A stretch of DNA of 63,804 bases, counting the filler, from Reticulomyxa filosa (lineage: Eukaryota > Protista > Foraminifera), in assembly GCA_000512085.1 (NCBI GenBank). It is 22 parts of 22 records of this genome, joined end to end, with 100 filler letters (N's around TTAATTAATTAA, not from the genome) between each part and the next. Parts side by side here need not be neighbours in the genome. Positions count along the whole stretch, not along the records: positions 36,531 to 39,727 come from ASPP01032086.1; positions 39,828 to 41,065 come from ASPP01014468.1; positions 41,166 to 42,673 come from ASPP01048136.1; positions 42,774 to 53,750 come from ASPP01001013.1; 18 more parts are not named here. One strand, written 5' to 3'. Positions 38,437 to 51,356 of the stretch are shown here, piece by piece (positions within the stretch are counted from its first letter, which is position 1; every line of letters starts with the position of its first letter). The translations under genes were made by a program, and so were the position numbers. The notes beneath the pieces are model-generated. The model was not told the DNA's origin. It saw only the letters and a list, made by a program, of their open reading frames with translations, and made no database searches.

Positions 38437-39727
38437 TTGGCGGCATCGCGGTTCCATCTCGGCTGGTTTCTCGGCAACAGTTTCGGCGTGCATGGCTGGA
38501 ACCAGCCCTGGTCGGGCGTCGATGCGCGGGAATGGGCGCAGCCTGACCTTCACGTCGAACTGGCGAAGGCATTGGAGCGCGCCTGCTTCGACTGCCTGCT
38601 GCTCGAGGACTCCCTGTTCGTGCCGGACAATCACGGCGGCTCGATGCAGTTCTATCTCGAGCGTGCCCTGCGCGCACCGAAGAACGATCCGCTGCCGCTG
38701 GTCCCGCTAATCGCGCAGGCGACCAAGCATCTCGGCATCGTGCCGACCATCTCGACCAGCTTCTATCCGCCGTTCCTGCTGGCCCGCCTGATCGCCACGC
38801 TCGACCTGATGTCGAAGGGACGCGTCGGTTGCAACTTCGTGACGTCGACGGCGGAACGGGCGGCGCAGAATTTCGGTTTGGACGCACATCTCGAACACGA
38901 CCTGCGCTACGAGATGGCCGACGAGTTCGTGGATCTCGTGACGCGGCTCTGGTCTTCCTGGGATGCCGACGCGATCGTCGCCGATGAAAAATCCGGCGTG
39001 TTCGTCGATCCCACGAAGGTGCGGGCCATCGACTACAACGGCCGCTTCTTCTCCTCGCGCGGGCCGCTCAACACCGCACAACCACCGCAGGGTCGGCCGG
39101 TGCTGGTCCAGGCCGGCGGTTCACCCCAGGGCAAGGCCTTCGCCGCCCGGCACATGGACATCGTGATCGCAGCCCTCGGCACGGTCGCGGAGATGAAGGC
39201 GTTCCGCGACGACGTTCGCACGCGCGTGGCGGCGGCAGGCCGTGATCCCGACAGCTGCAAGGTGCTCTTCGTCGTTTCTCCGACCCTGGGAGAAACCAAC
39301 GGAGAAGCGGAGGAGCGCGCTCGTCGCCGGCAGGCCCAGCGCGAGGCCGCGCCGGAAGTGACGCTGGCCATGATGGGCAGCCTGACGGACATCGACTTCT
39401 CGACCTTCGATCTCGACGCGCCGCTGGCCGAACTCACGACCAACGGCCAGCAGGGCACGTTGAAGCGCTTCCTGGCGCAGGGCCGGACCCTGCGCGAGGT
39501 GGCAAGCAACTACAGCTTCGGCTTCGAGCATCCGGTGATCGGTACGACCATGCGCGTCGCCGACGTGATGGGAGAGGCGATGGAGCAGGTGGGCGGCGAC
39601 GGCTTCATGTTCAGCGGGCCGCTCAGCCGTCGTTACGTCGCCGAGATCACGGACGGGCTGGTGCCGGAACTGCAGCGGCGCGGCCTGGTCCGCACAGCGT
39701 ATGCGCACGCGCATTTCCGCGACAATC
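38437..39727 (+). CDS. Bacterial NtaA/DmoA/SnaA-family FMNH2-dependent monooxygenase (luciferase-like), 3' end just truncated
   Basis: FHLGWF, LERACFD..LLEDS, TKHLGIVPTISTSFYPP..LAR..TLD..SKGR.G.N.VTS, HD.RYE.A.EF, PPQGRPVLVQAGGS, LVPELQRRGL.R..Y. Likely start is TTG at 38437, 7 nt after GGAGG. Confidence 0.95.
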
Positions 39728-39827
39728 NNNNNNNNNNNNNNNNNNNNNNNNNNNNNNNNNNNNNNNNNNNNTTAATTAATTAANNNNNNNNNNNNNNNNN
39801 NNNNNNNNNNNNNNNNNNNNNNNNNNN

Positions 39828-41065
39828 TGTGTGTGTGTGTGTGTGTGACAGCAATGTCCGAAGGAGAAGGAGAAGGCAATATCGTGACGACGATCGAATC
39901 GTGCAAAGACGAGAGAATTGTCAGTTTCATTCTCTGTCCAACGTTGAAGAAGAAAAAGAAGAAGAAGAAGAAGAAAAAGGAGATAAAGAGGAAGCAGAAA
40001 AGAATAATAATACCAATGGAAATGTCGGACATAACAAGAACATACTCGCGACTTCAATTGACAGAAAAGAGACAGAGAAGCATGAACGCAAAGAGGAATC
40101 ACATTCCATGTCGAGTGAACCTCTACGAATCAATTGGACAAACCAACTAAAAAAGATATGAATCATTGCACTGCAATGACGACAACGACGACCACCACCA
40201 CCACCACTACTACTACGACAGCAACGCCGCTGATTGAGCCTATGCACATGCACACACATGCGCGCGCATGTGCGCGTGAGATGATACACGGCGTGGCGAT
40301 GATCCCCAATGCCTGTACGAGCATTGGACAAAGTGTCGCCATGACCTTGGCCGACCAAGGCTATGATATTGTGTTGATCGGTTTGGATCAATCAATGCTT
40401 ACCAACACCTGTCACCAAATCAAAGCCAAATATCTAAGCACGCAAGTCCTACTCATTCGAGGAGACATTACCAACGTCAGTGATTGCGAATTTGCAATCC
40501 AAACGTTGCGTTCAACAAACAACAGCATTTTGATTGATTGATTTATTTATTTATTTAAATGAAAACATTATATATATTGACATGAGTATGTATATGCCAT
40601 ATATGTATAGTGTAATGGAAAAGTTGGGAGCATTGCACGTATTGATATTACACAGCAATGTCGCGCAGTATGGCCCGATAGTATCAACCTCGTTGCATCC
40701 AAACAAAGCGAGCTATGACACGTTGCACAAGTGGAGACAGGATATTGAATGCAACTTGATGAATATGATGAAGGTGGTGAAAATCATGAGTCCGTATATG
40801 ATCAAAAGTGCCTCTGTTCTGTACTCCTTGCGGAAAGGGGCGAGGGACACGCACATGCATCCCAGCAAGCGTGATGATCACACTACCACCGCTATCATCT
40901 TTGTCAGCAGCATCGCCGGCGTTACGTCTTTTCAAAACGTCAGTGGATATTGTGCCTCTCAACATGGCGTCTGCGCTTTTGCTAGTGCCTTGTTTGAAGA
41001 AATACGACAGTACGGCACCAAAGTGTGTACCATTATTCCAGGTTTTTTTTTAATCATTAAAAAAA
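39828..41065 (+). CDS. Short-chain dehydrogenase/reductase-like protein with degenerate motifs; partial
   Basis: VAMIPNACTSIGQSVA..LA.QGYDIVLIG, GDIT, LGALHVLI, IIFVSSIAG, YCASQHGV, E.RQYG.KV.TI.PG. Confidence 0.8.
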
Positions 41066-42872
41066 NNNNNNNNNNNNNNNNNNNNNNNNNNNNNNNNNNN
41101 NNNNNNNNNTTAATTAATTAANNNNNNNNNNNNNNNNNNNNNNNNNNNNNNNNNNNNNNNNNNNNTTAGTATACAAAGCGACACCACTTTTCGTGTCTAT
41201 CTTAAAGCTAGCCCTTTCGGCTCGGGATTTTTTTCTCAGGTTGCACGTGATGCATCATAAACTTTTTTTTAAAGATACATTGCATAAAAATGTTTTTAAA
41301 AGTTTATCGGGTTTGAGGTGGTAATGAAATTGTTTGCCTTAAAGAAATCGAGCTAGTTTATTGTAAATGCGATTGTTATGTACAATCCATATGTTGTTAC
41401 TAACTTCTTCGTACGCGTACTTCGAGCGTGAAATTGCACGATGTATTTAAGTCCCTTTTTGAAGCTGTTACTGGTACATAGTTTATGCGAACTCTGTTTA
41501 CGTGTCTTTACTAATTACAAATCGACATTTTTTTTAAATAAAATTTGAAACAATTTTTGTTTGTTGTCACTGAAATGGCAATAAGTATATCCATATGAAA
41601 TTATTATTGATAATCGGTTATCCAACGCGCAAGTATTCACGTGGTTTTTTCTCTTTTTTTGGTGGAATAAACAAAAAAGTGGTAAACTTTGATGCGAATT
41701 TGTTTTGACTCGGGACGATGTTGTATACGTAGTATTGAAATACATTGCCAGTGGCAACTCAAGAAAATTTATCAAAAATGTATCATTATTTTAGAATAGT
41801 GCTTTTATGGGTGTGGGTCATTTTTTATTTTTTTTGAACCAATTTCTTAAAAATAAACCACTTTCATTGAAATAAATAAAAAAATGTTTTTTTTTAAATT
41901 AAATATTGATCAAATAAGTTAGTTATTGTGTTATTTATCTGTTTTGTTAAATTAAAATTTTATCAAAAAATCAGTTAAATGAACAAGTTGCAAGGGGGAA
42001 CGTAGTTCCATTTTTTAAAATTTTGTGTTTGTAATATTTTCTCTTAACAGCAAACTACAAAGCTTTACTAACTTTTTGTTTCCATATCTGAAGTAAAGAG
42101 TGATTAGCAAGAGTTGTCAAACAGCTAGAAGATGTGGAAATTTTGTTTTGTCTTTCAAAAAACAAAGAAAATCATTAAGCGGATTGTTGAACAAAGTGGT
42201 GTAACACCTTTGTTCTTCTTCAATTTCATTGATAACATTTGATGTCTTTTTCTGTCTGTTGGAAGCAAATCTTCACAATTTTGCAAAAAGATCAAATTTG
42301 AATCAAAAAAAGTAATTGCAATATGACATTATCATCTCAGTAACAAATGAACATATTTGAATATTTATTGTATTTACTTAATATCCAACTTTGTCTTATA
42401 AAAAAGTTAGCTATCTGTGTGTAGAACCAAACTGTATTTCTTCTAAAAAAAAAGCACAACTTGATACAATGGTTATACGCTGAAACAAAAATGGAATATT
42501 TTGATCCTTTGTTTTTCAATCAAACACGCTCAGAAAGATAAGTCAAAGTTGCTTGTCAATCACAATGTTTGAAATTGTGGCAATTTCTGATAAAAACCAA
42601 TCTAAAGCATTAAAACAAAGTTCTATCCAATTGTATCAATATTTCTTTTGATTTGGATTGTTTTTCATTTTCANNNNNNNNNNNNNNNNNNNNNNNNNNN
42701 NNNNNNNNNNNNNNNNNTTAATTAATTAANNNNNNNNNNNNNNNNNNNNNNNNNNNNNNNNNNNNNNNNNNNNAAAAAAAAGAAGAAGAAGAATACAAAA
42801 AAGTATCAATATTATACAAATTACATTAAATGAATCACTTCAAAAAAAATACAATACTATCATCATTATTAT

Positions 42873-45800
42873 TTATCCTCTTGCCATTGAGGTGAAAATT
42901 TATCAATTGGCTGCTGAATAGTTTTGAAATGAGAATCCAGTACAGCAGTAATAATATCAATATTCTTTTCCATATCTTGCCATCCTTGAAGTAATCCTTT
43001 TACAAAAGATTTATATCCTTCCATGACTGTATCTGTTACTTCTTTAGTTTTCCAAAAAGGTCCTTTTGCTTTTGGTGCTGGGTTTAAATCTGCAGGATAT
43101 AATCTTTGTAATTTATCTAAATAAATAGTTGGATCTAATAATCGATAACGATGTGTTAATCCTGTTAAATATAAGATTGTTGTTCCAGCCCATAGCCATC
43201 CATCACCAAAATAAGCCTTTATGTTTTATATTTTATGTTTATGTTTATGTTTATGTTTATGTTTATGTTTATGTTTATGTTTATGTTTATGTTTATGTTT
43301 ATGTTTATGTTTATGTTTATGTTTATGTTATGTTATTTGTATTATATTACTTCAATTTTTTTTTACTAAACTCGATCTGATACATATCCTTGCTCTTTTT
43401 GTTTTTCTTCTTCTTCAGGTGAATAATCAGGACATAAAAATATCCATGTAGCTACACTCCAAAAGCGTGCAAAATCTTTTGGATTTTCGTGATCCAAAAT
43501 ACCATTATTTGGTTCTGGACCTTTCCATTCTTCCAATAATTTTGTTTCTTCCAATAATTTGTACAAATAATCCAAGGTTGCACTGAACAACCATCCTCCA
43601 TTTTCTCTCAAGTATGCATGTCGAAACATGACAGTGCGAATGGACGATTCGAATAGTTGTTGTTCCTTAACCATAGAGATACCACGTTTATCTGCTTTCA
43701 TGGTATTTAAAGCATTTTTTAATATTGTGATAAATGGTGATTCTTTGGGTTTAATTGACACAGCAGCGGCAGTGGTATATTTGACAGACTCTTGTGTTTT
43801 CATTTCTTCGGGCAAAGCAGCAGGTTCTTCTCCGGCGTAGAAAGCACGAATTTGGTGCTCGAGGAATGATTCATGTGTTAACACTTCATCAACCAATTGG
43901 ACCAAACACAAAGCATTACCAGCTTCTCTCATCAAATTAAATACATCTTCGCGCAATGCTGGATATGCTTTGATATTTTTCAAACGCAGATCATAAAATC
44001 CATATACACCCAATACACCATAATGAGCAGGTTGTAATTTCATTGGATCCAATGCCTTTAAGATTTCCGTTATATAAGGACTGACATCTCGAATGATTAC
44101 ATGTGCTACCATTTTAACCATTTCATCCACTAACAGCGACATTGATTCCATTCCCAAAAGTGTTACAATACTGTGTAAATGTTCAATGCCAAAGAACCCA
44201 CGTGTGACTTTAAATAATTCGTGATAGATTTTAGTAAAGCGTGATCCCCATAAAAATGCGTTTTCAATACGTTTGGTATTTTTGGAACGTTCCAAACTAA
44301 CAAATCTTCGTGTCAAAGTATTGAAGACTGAATGTCGTAATAAGCCGCTAAACATTTGATTATATGTGGCCAAGAATAATCTTCCACGAAATGAACCAAT
44401 GGTAGTGTCTTCATTGACTTCGGCCAAAGTATCTTCAAAAAGATCAATACCAGGCAATTCCTCACGTAAGAAATCGACAGTGAGTCTCAATGTGGCCATC
44501 AAATGTTCAATCTCCATTACAGCAGAAATACTATTCATTGATTCATAACGTGAGACAATAGCATCAATATTTTCACGTACATAACTATTCAGTTGTTCGG
44601 TGAGCAAGGCCTGAATATCGACATCACGTCCGAGTACGTGGAGTGACTTTTGTTGAAACACAGGTGTATATCGAGCATAATTCAATTTCATCACATTTTT
44701 ACCTAAATGAATGCGCAGCTCTTCCATTCTTCGTTGAAACGGTTTGTCCAGTAATACACTCGCAGCCTTATTTTTATAATAATCAAAAATCTTTTGATAT
44801 AAAGTAAAGATGAGTTGATCAAATACCAGATTGACCTCGGCCTCAATCTCATCAAATAGATGTTGTTGATGGAATATACTAAGTGCCATTTCGGCACTAT
44901 CATTATAAATACTGAGTGGGAAAAATACATTGGGTGCAAGCGATGGTGTATTCATAGCAAAATCAACCAACATCCAAGGTAATGACATGGCAATGGGGAA
45001 CTGAATGCAATCGGTGATATTCAAATAAAATTCACGATACCAAAGATCGGATAAGTTGGTGGCCAGATTGATTGTATCTGTTAAGTTGTTTAGACGTGTC
45101 ACAAAGCCTAACAAATCAAATATTTGCTCAAAGCCTTGCTTTTCTTCTTTCTTCAAATCTTTATCGGCAAAGAACCCACCACCCATGCCTTTGCTCTCAT
45201 CGCTGTATACATGGAACAACAATCGTCGCAGCATCAGCACTTGTGTGCGTGTGGGGAATACATTACGTGCGGGCCATTTATGCGGTTCCATCTTCTTCAG
45301 CTCCTTGTCTTTATTTTTCTTAAAGTCCTCACGCAGCTTCGCAATATCATAGCAATCGGCAATCACCAAACGTATCTTCAACAATGTGTCATTGAGATCT
45401 CCCTTTTTTTTTTTATGCGATCGATACAATGGATGAAGTAGCGTGTTGTGAGCAAACTCTTGCAATTGCTCGTGTACGTAGCGTGCAAGCACAGGTCGCA
45501 CAAACGACTCGTTTTCCAAAATCAAATTAGACAATCCTTTGATCAATCCAATGATTTCCACCATCGCATACTTTAACTCGTTCTCATAGTTGTATCTTGT
45601 AATCTGCTCGTATACCTCTGCCTTACCTCCTTTGCCGCCAAATGTGGCGTATTTAGACGCGTCAATAGGATTGTTCGCCTTAAATACTACTTGCTCCTGC
45701 ACGTGACATGTCCAATCGCCGACGTGCTTAATACCTTGCAACATTACTTCATACGTACGCTGCAATAAAGGCAAAGGGATCTGCTCATCACTATTCACAC

Positions 45801-47309
45801 ATCGTAACTCTTGCAATAAGGTAACAAAGTCTGCCGCAAAGCTCGTATACTCTTCTTGATCCTCACTCTCCAATTCACCAAATTATAAAACATTGCATTC
45901 TTTTTGCTATTCCAATCGCTCTCCATCGAGCTCGAATAATGCTCGCATAACTGCAACATCAACTCCGTCCTCGTCGTGCAATCCAAGTAAATCGTGATGT
46001 AAGGCACTTTGCGCAAAATGTTGCGCACTTCTTTGATCGGAATATACTTGCCCCCTTTGAATACATTACACTCGCTGTCGTCCACCAAATACATACACGC
46101 CAACAGACAACGATACAATCCGTGCTTTTCCACTGGCGATAGATACGTGTGTCCATTCAAATCACTCAATGCTTGATACATCAATGTCGCAAACAGCTCC
46201 TCTTTGTGTGGCACCTGACGAATGTCCTCCTTCATGTGGAATAGGATAATGTGATACGGGCGTGTCGGGTCATTCAAAAAGTTATGAATGCCTGTGATCT
46301 CCGCCATCAAGTCCGTCGCGTTCGGTAGAATGTTCCTCACAAATGAAAACGCACGCTTGTAAAATGCAAAATCGTTCTTCATTTGGCCCTTCATGTCTTT
46401 CAACGCATCCAGGATTGTCATGCGGTCCAACATCTTGTTCAATACTACCATATGATCGCGCCACAGCGGCTCCTTCTTCTCCAGTGGATACACCAGCATT
46501 CGCAGATTCTTCGTAAAGCACTTCACCATTTGGTCGTGGAACACCATCAATCCGTTTATCTTATTGATCTGCGGCGCCAGGATATCAAACACTTGCTTGT
46601 ACAGTTGCTTCTTCTCTTCGTCTCCCAATTCTGATGGGATCTTTCCAAAAAAAAAACAATCCATACTTGTTTCATATTTTTTTAAGTTTCACATATATTT
46701 ATATATGTATGTATATATGCATAGTCATAAATTTCATCTCTCCTTTGCCCCCTTTTTTTTTTTTTGTTTGTCTTGCTTTACCATTGGCAAAGGTTTTGAA
46801 TAGCTTCGATAGGTGTATCTAAAATTCCCTCCAAAAAAAAAAAAAAAAGTGTAATGTTATATACGTATAGGATTTTTTTCACAACTTTTTAATATGTTCC
46901 CCTCCTCCCCCCTTTTTTTTTTTTTGTTTAAAAAAAACATCTTTCCTTGTCCCCTTTTCTTTTGTTTTTTTGTTTGAAGGAAACAAAAAAGATGTACATT
47001 TTTTTTTTGTTGATTGGGCTTGGTCACATTAGTGGTCCAGTTTTTTAAAAATTAAAAAAAAAAAAAAAAGGTGTCACAAAACAAATTGTGAATGTAATTA
47101 TCGGCTTGTGAAATACACTCGTCCAATTCTGCAATGTTGCTCAATTCATCTGCAAATGTATGATGATGTGCAACATGGTCCACCAAACCGCTCACTGTTT
47201 CGTTATTCACCTTGTATTGCACTGCTTTGCTAAAGTCATTCAGTGGCACCGACTTCTGACTGAATCGGTGCTGCTCAAATTTGCTCACCACTTCTATTTT
47301 TGCTGCCAT
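42873..47309 (-). CDS. CYFIP: CYFIP/Sra1/PIR121 (SCAR/WAVE complex subunit)
   Basis: Start MAAKIE at 47309. 37-nt exon at ~46782-46818 gives LYTYRSYSKPLP. LDALK.MK..KNDF..YKRA, DLWYREFYL, QFPI.MSLPW.L, LFDEIEAEVNL.FDQ. Last exon FGDG..WAG ends with TAA at 42873-42875. One -1 nt break near 45853. Confidence 0.95.
43231..43330. repeat. (TTTATG)n hexamer microsatellite in the last CYFIP intron
   Basis: About 16 tandem copies. Confidence 0.95.
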
Positions 47310-47859
47310 TTGTTCTTTGCCTTCAATTTTCTTTTTTTTTGTCGTACAGAAAAATTTTTTATTGAAGGGTACTTTTTTGTCTGTGTTGAGTTTTTTTTTT
47401 GCAATTTTCTTTTTGAAAAAACCAAAAATGAAGAGCCAAAGCTCAGGTAATGAAGATTTAAAGCTCAAGTAATGAATCACCTACGGCTAAATGGAACCAA
47501 AGGCTATGTTTCAAATTCCTTAACAAAAAAGTTCACTCGAAATTTAACTTTGTGCTGTGTCCCTTAATATTAGTGCTAAAGAAGGACACCCAAAAAGTGT
47601 AAACTACTGTAAAGCTATTTAATACAGAGCAACATTGTAGATACTCTGTGCTAAAAAAAACCGGAACGTTTACAAATTTTAAGACACGAGAAGGTAGCCA
47701 TTTGTACTATCAACTTTACAAAAAAGTGCTGCCTTTCAACATAATTTCCGAGTGAGCTTGTTTCAGTTATGGGAGTACACACCTTAAAAAGGTGGCAAAA
47801 GCAAAAAGTTAATTGTGACAAACATATTTCAGGCATCCTAGTTACTGAAAAAAAGAAGA

Positions 47860-49213
47860 ATGGTGTTCGCCTGGAAAAAGAGTTTCCATAGCAAGCATGA
47901 AGCAATAGCTTGCTTGATTTGGATGCCATTTGTAGTTATATGCAGCCTCCTTTTACTTGGTCGAGTGTTGTACTTGTTTTGCTACCGTCCCCCTCCAGAA
48001 GCAACTAGTAAATATTATCAATATTGCCTGATCACGGCATCGATGTGTACCGCAGTATTTTCCTCGGCAGTATTGATTGATTATGTGTCTGTAGTGTCTA
48101 CAGCGTTACCAAGTGAGCAGCACGATTGTTTGGAGTCAAATATAATGAGCATATTTGTAGTCGGTCAAAGATTGTCCATTATTTTTTTTACTGGTTGCGA
48201 ATTGTTAAAATGTTCCAACCAGAGACACAATACAGGTTTATGTTTGTTTGTTTTTTTTTGCATTGTTTTATTTCTCTCTTTTTTTTTTGCAAGTGATATA
48301 TGTCCACATACATATGATGTAATATGAATTAGTGAGACTCCAAAGTGGTCAATTGCGTTGATGGTAAGTGTGAGCATTGGATTAATAGGAGGAGAGGTAT
48401 ATTATTTGACTCGAATAACTGTAAAAGGATGTGAACATGAGGCAAGTGCGGCGTTGTTTGCTGTGATCATGGATATTCTTTTTTCGTGTATTTTCACTGG
48501 CATTTTCATTACCAAGATCTTATCTTTAGCAAAGCAAGCCATGCAAAATGTGACTTTGGACTTGCAGTCTGGTGCAATTGCCAACTTATACATAAACATA
48601 TTAAATTAAATAAAAAAGAAGAGGCAGTAGGCACAATGTACAAGGAGGAAGGGGGGGGGGGGGAAAGGAGTATACACATTATGCTTAGTTTTTAGTTGAA
48701 ATGAAAACTTTAACAAAAATAAAAACAACTTTTTTGGTTTGTTTGGTTTACAAAGGAAAGATTGGAGATGTGTCCGAAGCTCGAATGATCAGTTTTCGAA
48801 TGAATTATTTGAGCTTCAAATTGGCAATCTTGTATAGTGTTACGTTTATAACAACGATGATTGCATATATAATAATCATCAGTGATGATACCTATATTGC
48901 ATTAATCGCGTCAACAGACATTTTGATCAACACTATTTGCCTGTTATTTTCTTTCAAATTTATGGACAAGCATTATCGTAAGTTGTCTTCACTTTGCGGT
49001 TGTATGTTTATCGGTCGCCAAGTGTTTGGAAGAGAATTTTCGCAAATTTTGAAACTCGTCGACGCCAACAATGATTTACGTCTTCACCCCATGGATGATC
49101 ATCTCGGTCGTAATGACCAACTTATGGGCAAAATTGCTGTCCCTGATGGTGAAGACGATGATCATAATCAAGACGTTGAACTTAGTCAACCTGACCAAGA
49201 CACTGTTCGGTGA
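47860..49213 (+). CDS. Multi-pass (probably 7-TM, GPCR-like) membrane protein, about 3 exons
   Basis: About 7 hydrophobic segments across ORFs 47860, 48358 and 48701, with a Cys before TM3 and one in the next outer loop. Probable poly-T frameshift at ~48182-48189 (the alternative frame reads YWLRIVKMF). Confidence 0.6.
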
Positions 49214-49559
49214 CTCTTGTTATTATTTTATTGTTATTTTTTATTTTTTGAGTTCCTTTTCATGTTTGTTTTTCATAAATCAGAAAATAAACATTTTACA
49301 TTATAAATAATTTGTTGAGTAACTATAAGTTATATCCACTGCAAAACTTGTTCGGAAAAGTATGTTTTGCTTCAAGCTCCACTTTTTCAGCAAAAAAAAA
49401 AAAAATATAAATCTTTTGCTGCAGAGCCATGGATCAAAAAATAGAGATGACACTTGTTGTCATGGAGTGTGAATTGCAAAAGTGCAACAGAACTGGAAAG
49501 ACAAAGCAAGGTGCGCAAAAGAAAGGGGTTTTTAAGATGAGGGTACTTAAAAGAGCTAT

Positions 49560-51070
49560 TTATTTATTCATGTCTGATTGCGTGATGATAATGACTTCAC
49601 AGCGATAGAATTAAATTGTGTGTAATAATACTCAAGACAGTAGAGCAAAACATTTTTTTTTTCACGACTCTATAGTGGATGGGGAAGGGCTATTTTCGCC
49701 TTGTTTGTTATTGGGTAAAGGCAGTTCACTCACTGAAATAGGTGACGGTAATTCTTTGAAATACTTGTGTTGCAAAGCCTTTCACAACAACAAAAGAAAA
49801 GTTGTATGTGCAAAGAAAAAAAAATAAAAAAAAATAGATATTTACACAAGCACAAATGAAACGTAACATTGTTGCAAGAAATGCGTTGATCGGGTTGAAA
49901 TACACACATTTGTTGAAATAAGTCGATGGCATTTTGAGACGCAGCTTTGAAGACATCTCTCAAATTGACAGGTTTTCGATCGGCAAAACGTCGAAACTTT
50001 GGAAGCAAAGAGCAATCTTTCCAAATTAAATGTGGCATTTGTTCCTCTTCGTTATGTTCCGATGGTTCCCCTTCTCTTTCTCTCTCTTTGTCGTATTTTC
50101 CTGGTTCCTGTTCTTGTTCAATGGATCGTTCTTTTTTTGCATCGTCATCTTTTTCTTCCTTTATAGTTTTTGTATCTTTTTTAAGAGCAGCGGCAGCAGT
50201 GGTATCATTGGGAACTCCTAACAACATAAAAATGCGACCTAATTGATCGATTTCACTGATTCCAGGAAACAATGGAACCCGTAGCATAAGTTCACCAAAG
50301 ATGCAACCAATTGACCAAATGTCTAATCCTGGCCCATAATAATTGCATCCAAATAAGAGCTCCGGAGAGCGATACCATCGTGTGCATGCTTGGTACGACA
50401 ACATACGCGTCGGCGAGCCAAACTCTCTTGCTAAACCGAAATCACTAATCCGTAATTGCCGATCACTTCCAATCAAACAGTTGCTTGGCTTCAAATCTCT
50501 ATGCAATATATAGCGCGAGTGACAATAGCTCATTGCGTCCAATAGCATCATCGTTATTCTTTTTATATGACCCACTTCCAATATTATCGACTTGTCTCGT
50601 ATCAACTGTTCCAAATCTCCCACCATATATGGCATTATCATATAGATATGCTCGCCGTGCACAAATATGTCAACTATCTATCTTTTATTTTTGCAAAGGA
50701 GGGACATTGTTATGTTATACACGCACATAACACATTATTCTCTTTACATTTATTATGTTGGGATGATGCAGCTCTCGTAATATCATTATTTCACGGATTG
50801 TTGCAATTGTTATCCCCGTTTTGTAGTCTTGTGGCTTCATTCGCTTCATTGCAACATACTTTGGTGCTTTTCCATCTTGAGATTCTTCCTTTTTTTTTTT
50901 TTTTTTTGTAAGTGCACCACTCACACATATCACTCGGCACACGAACGTGCTGCTGACATGTGTATGCATAGAAACTGAACATAATCTGGAGGTGGATTCA
51001 ACAATTTTGCTTTGGAAACAACACCTTGGGCACCTTCTCCCAATATTTTGGACACTTTATATCGATCCAT
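49560..51070 (-). CDS. Cyclin-dependent kinase, CDK7/CDKD-like; 3' end approximate
   Basis: MDRYKVSKILGEGAQGVV (ATG 51070), VAMKR, TIATIREI..LREL.HPNII, HRDLKPSN, DFGLAREFGSP, TRWYRSPELLFG, DIWSIGCIFGEL, ALQHKYF. Confidence 0.85.
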
Positions 51071-51356
51071 TGCCTATGGACAGGGAGCTTTTCATATTAT
51101 TAAAACACCTTTTTTTAAACTATTTTTTAACTTTTTGGCTTTAAAATTTGTTGTGAATTTATATGATATGAATACATCGTTCGAATGCAAGAAATGAAAA
51201 GCAAATTAGCAGTGTGCAAAATTGTTATTAATTCCAGATCACTACATTTTATACTAATGTCTTTTTTTTTTGTCCTGATAAAGAGTATTTAAAAATGTAC
51301 ACACCCGGAAAAACATATTGATGCTGATATAGGATTGATAGAAAAAAAAAGAAATG

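Noticed and set aside
36483-39714. Long antisense and alternate-frame ORFs in the GC-rich contig
   Set aside because: Stop scarcity is expected at high GC, and they overlap well-supported genes.
35190-39727. RlmN + TonB receptor + monooxygenase as an operon or HGT island
   Set aside because: A linker separates them. RlmN is AT-rich with an intron, and the other two are on an independent bacterial contig.
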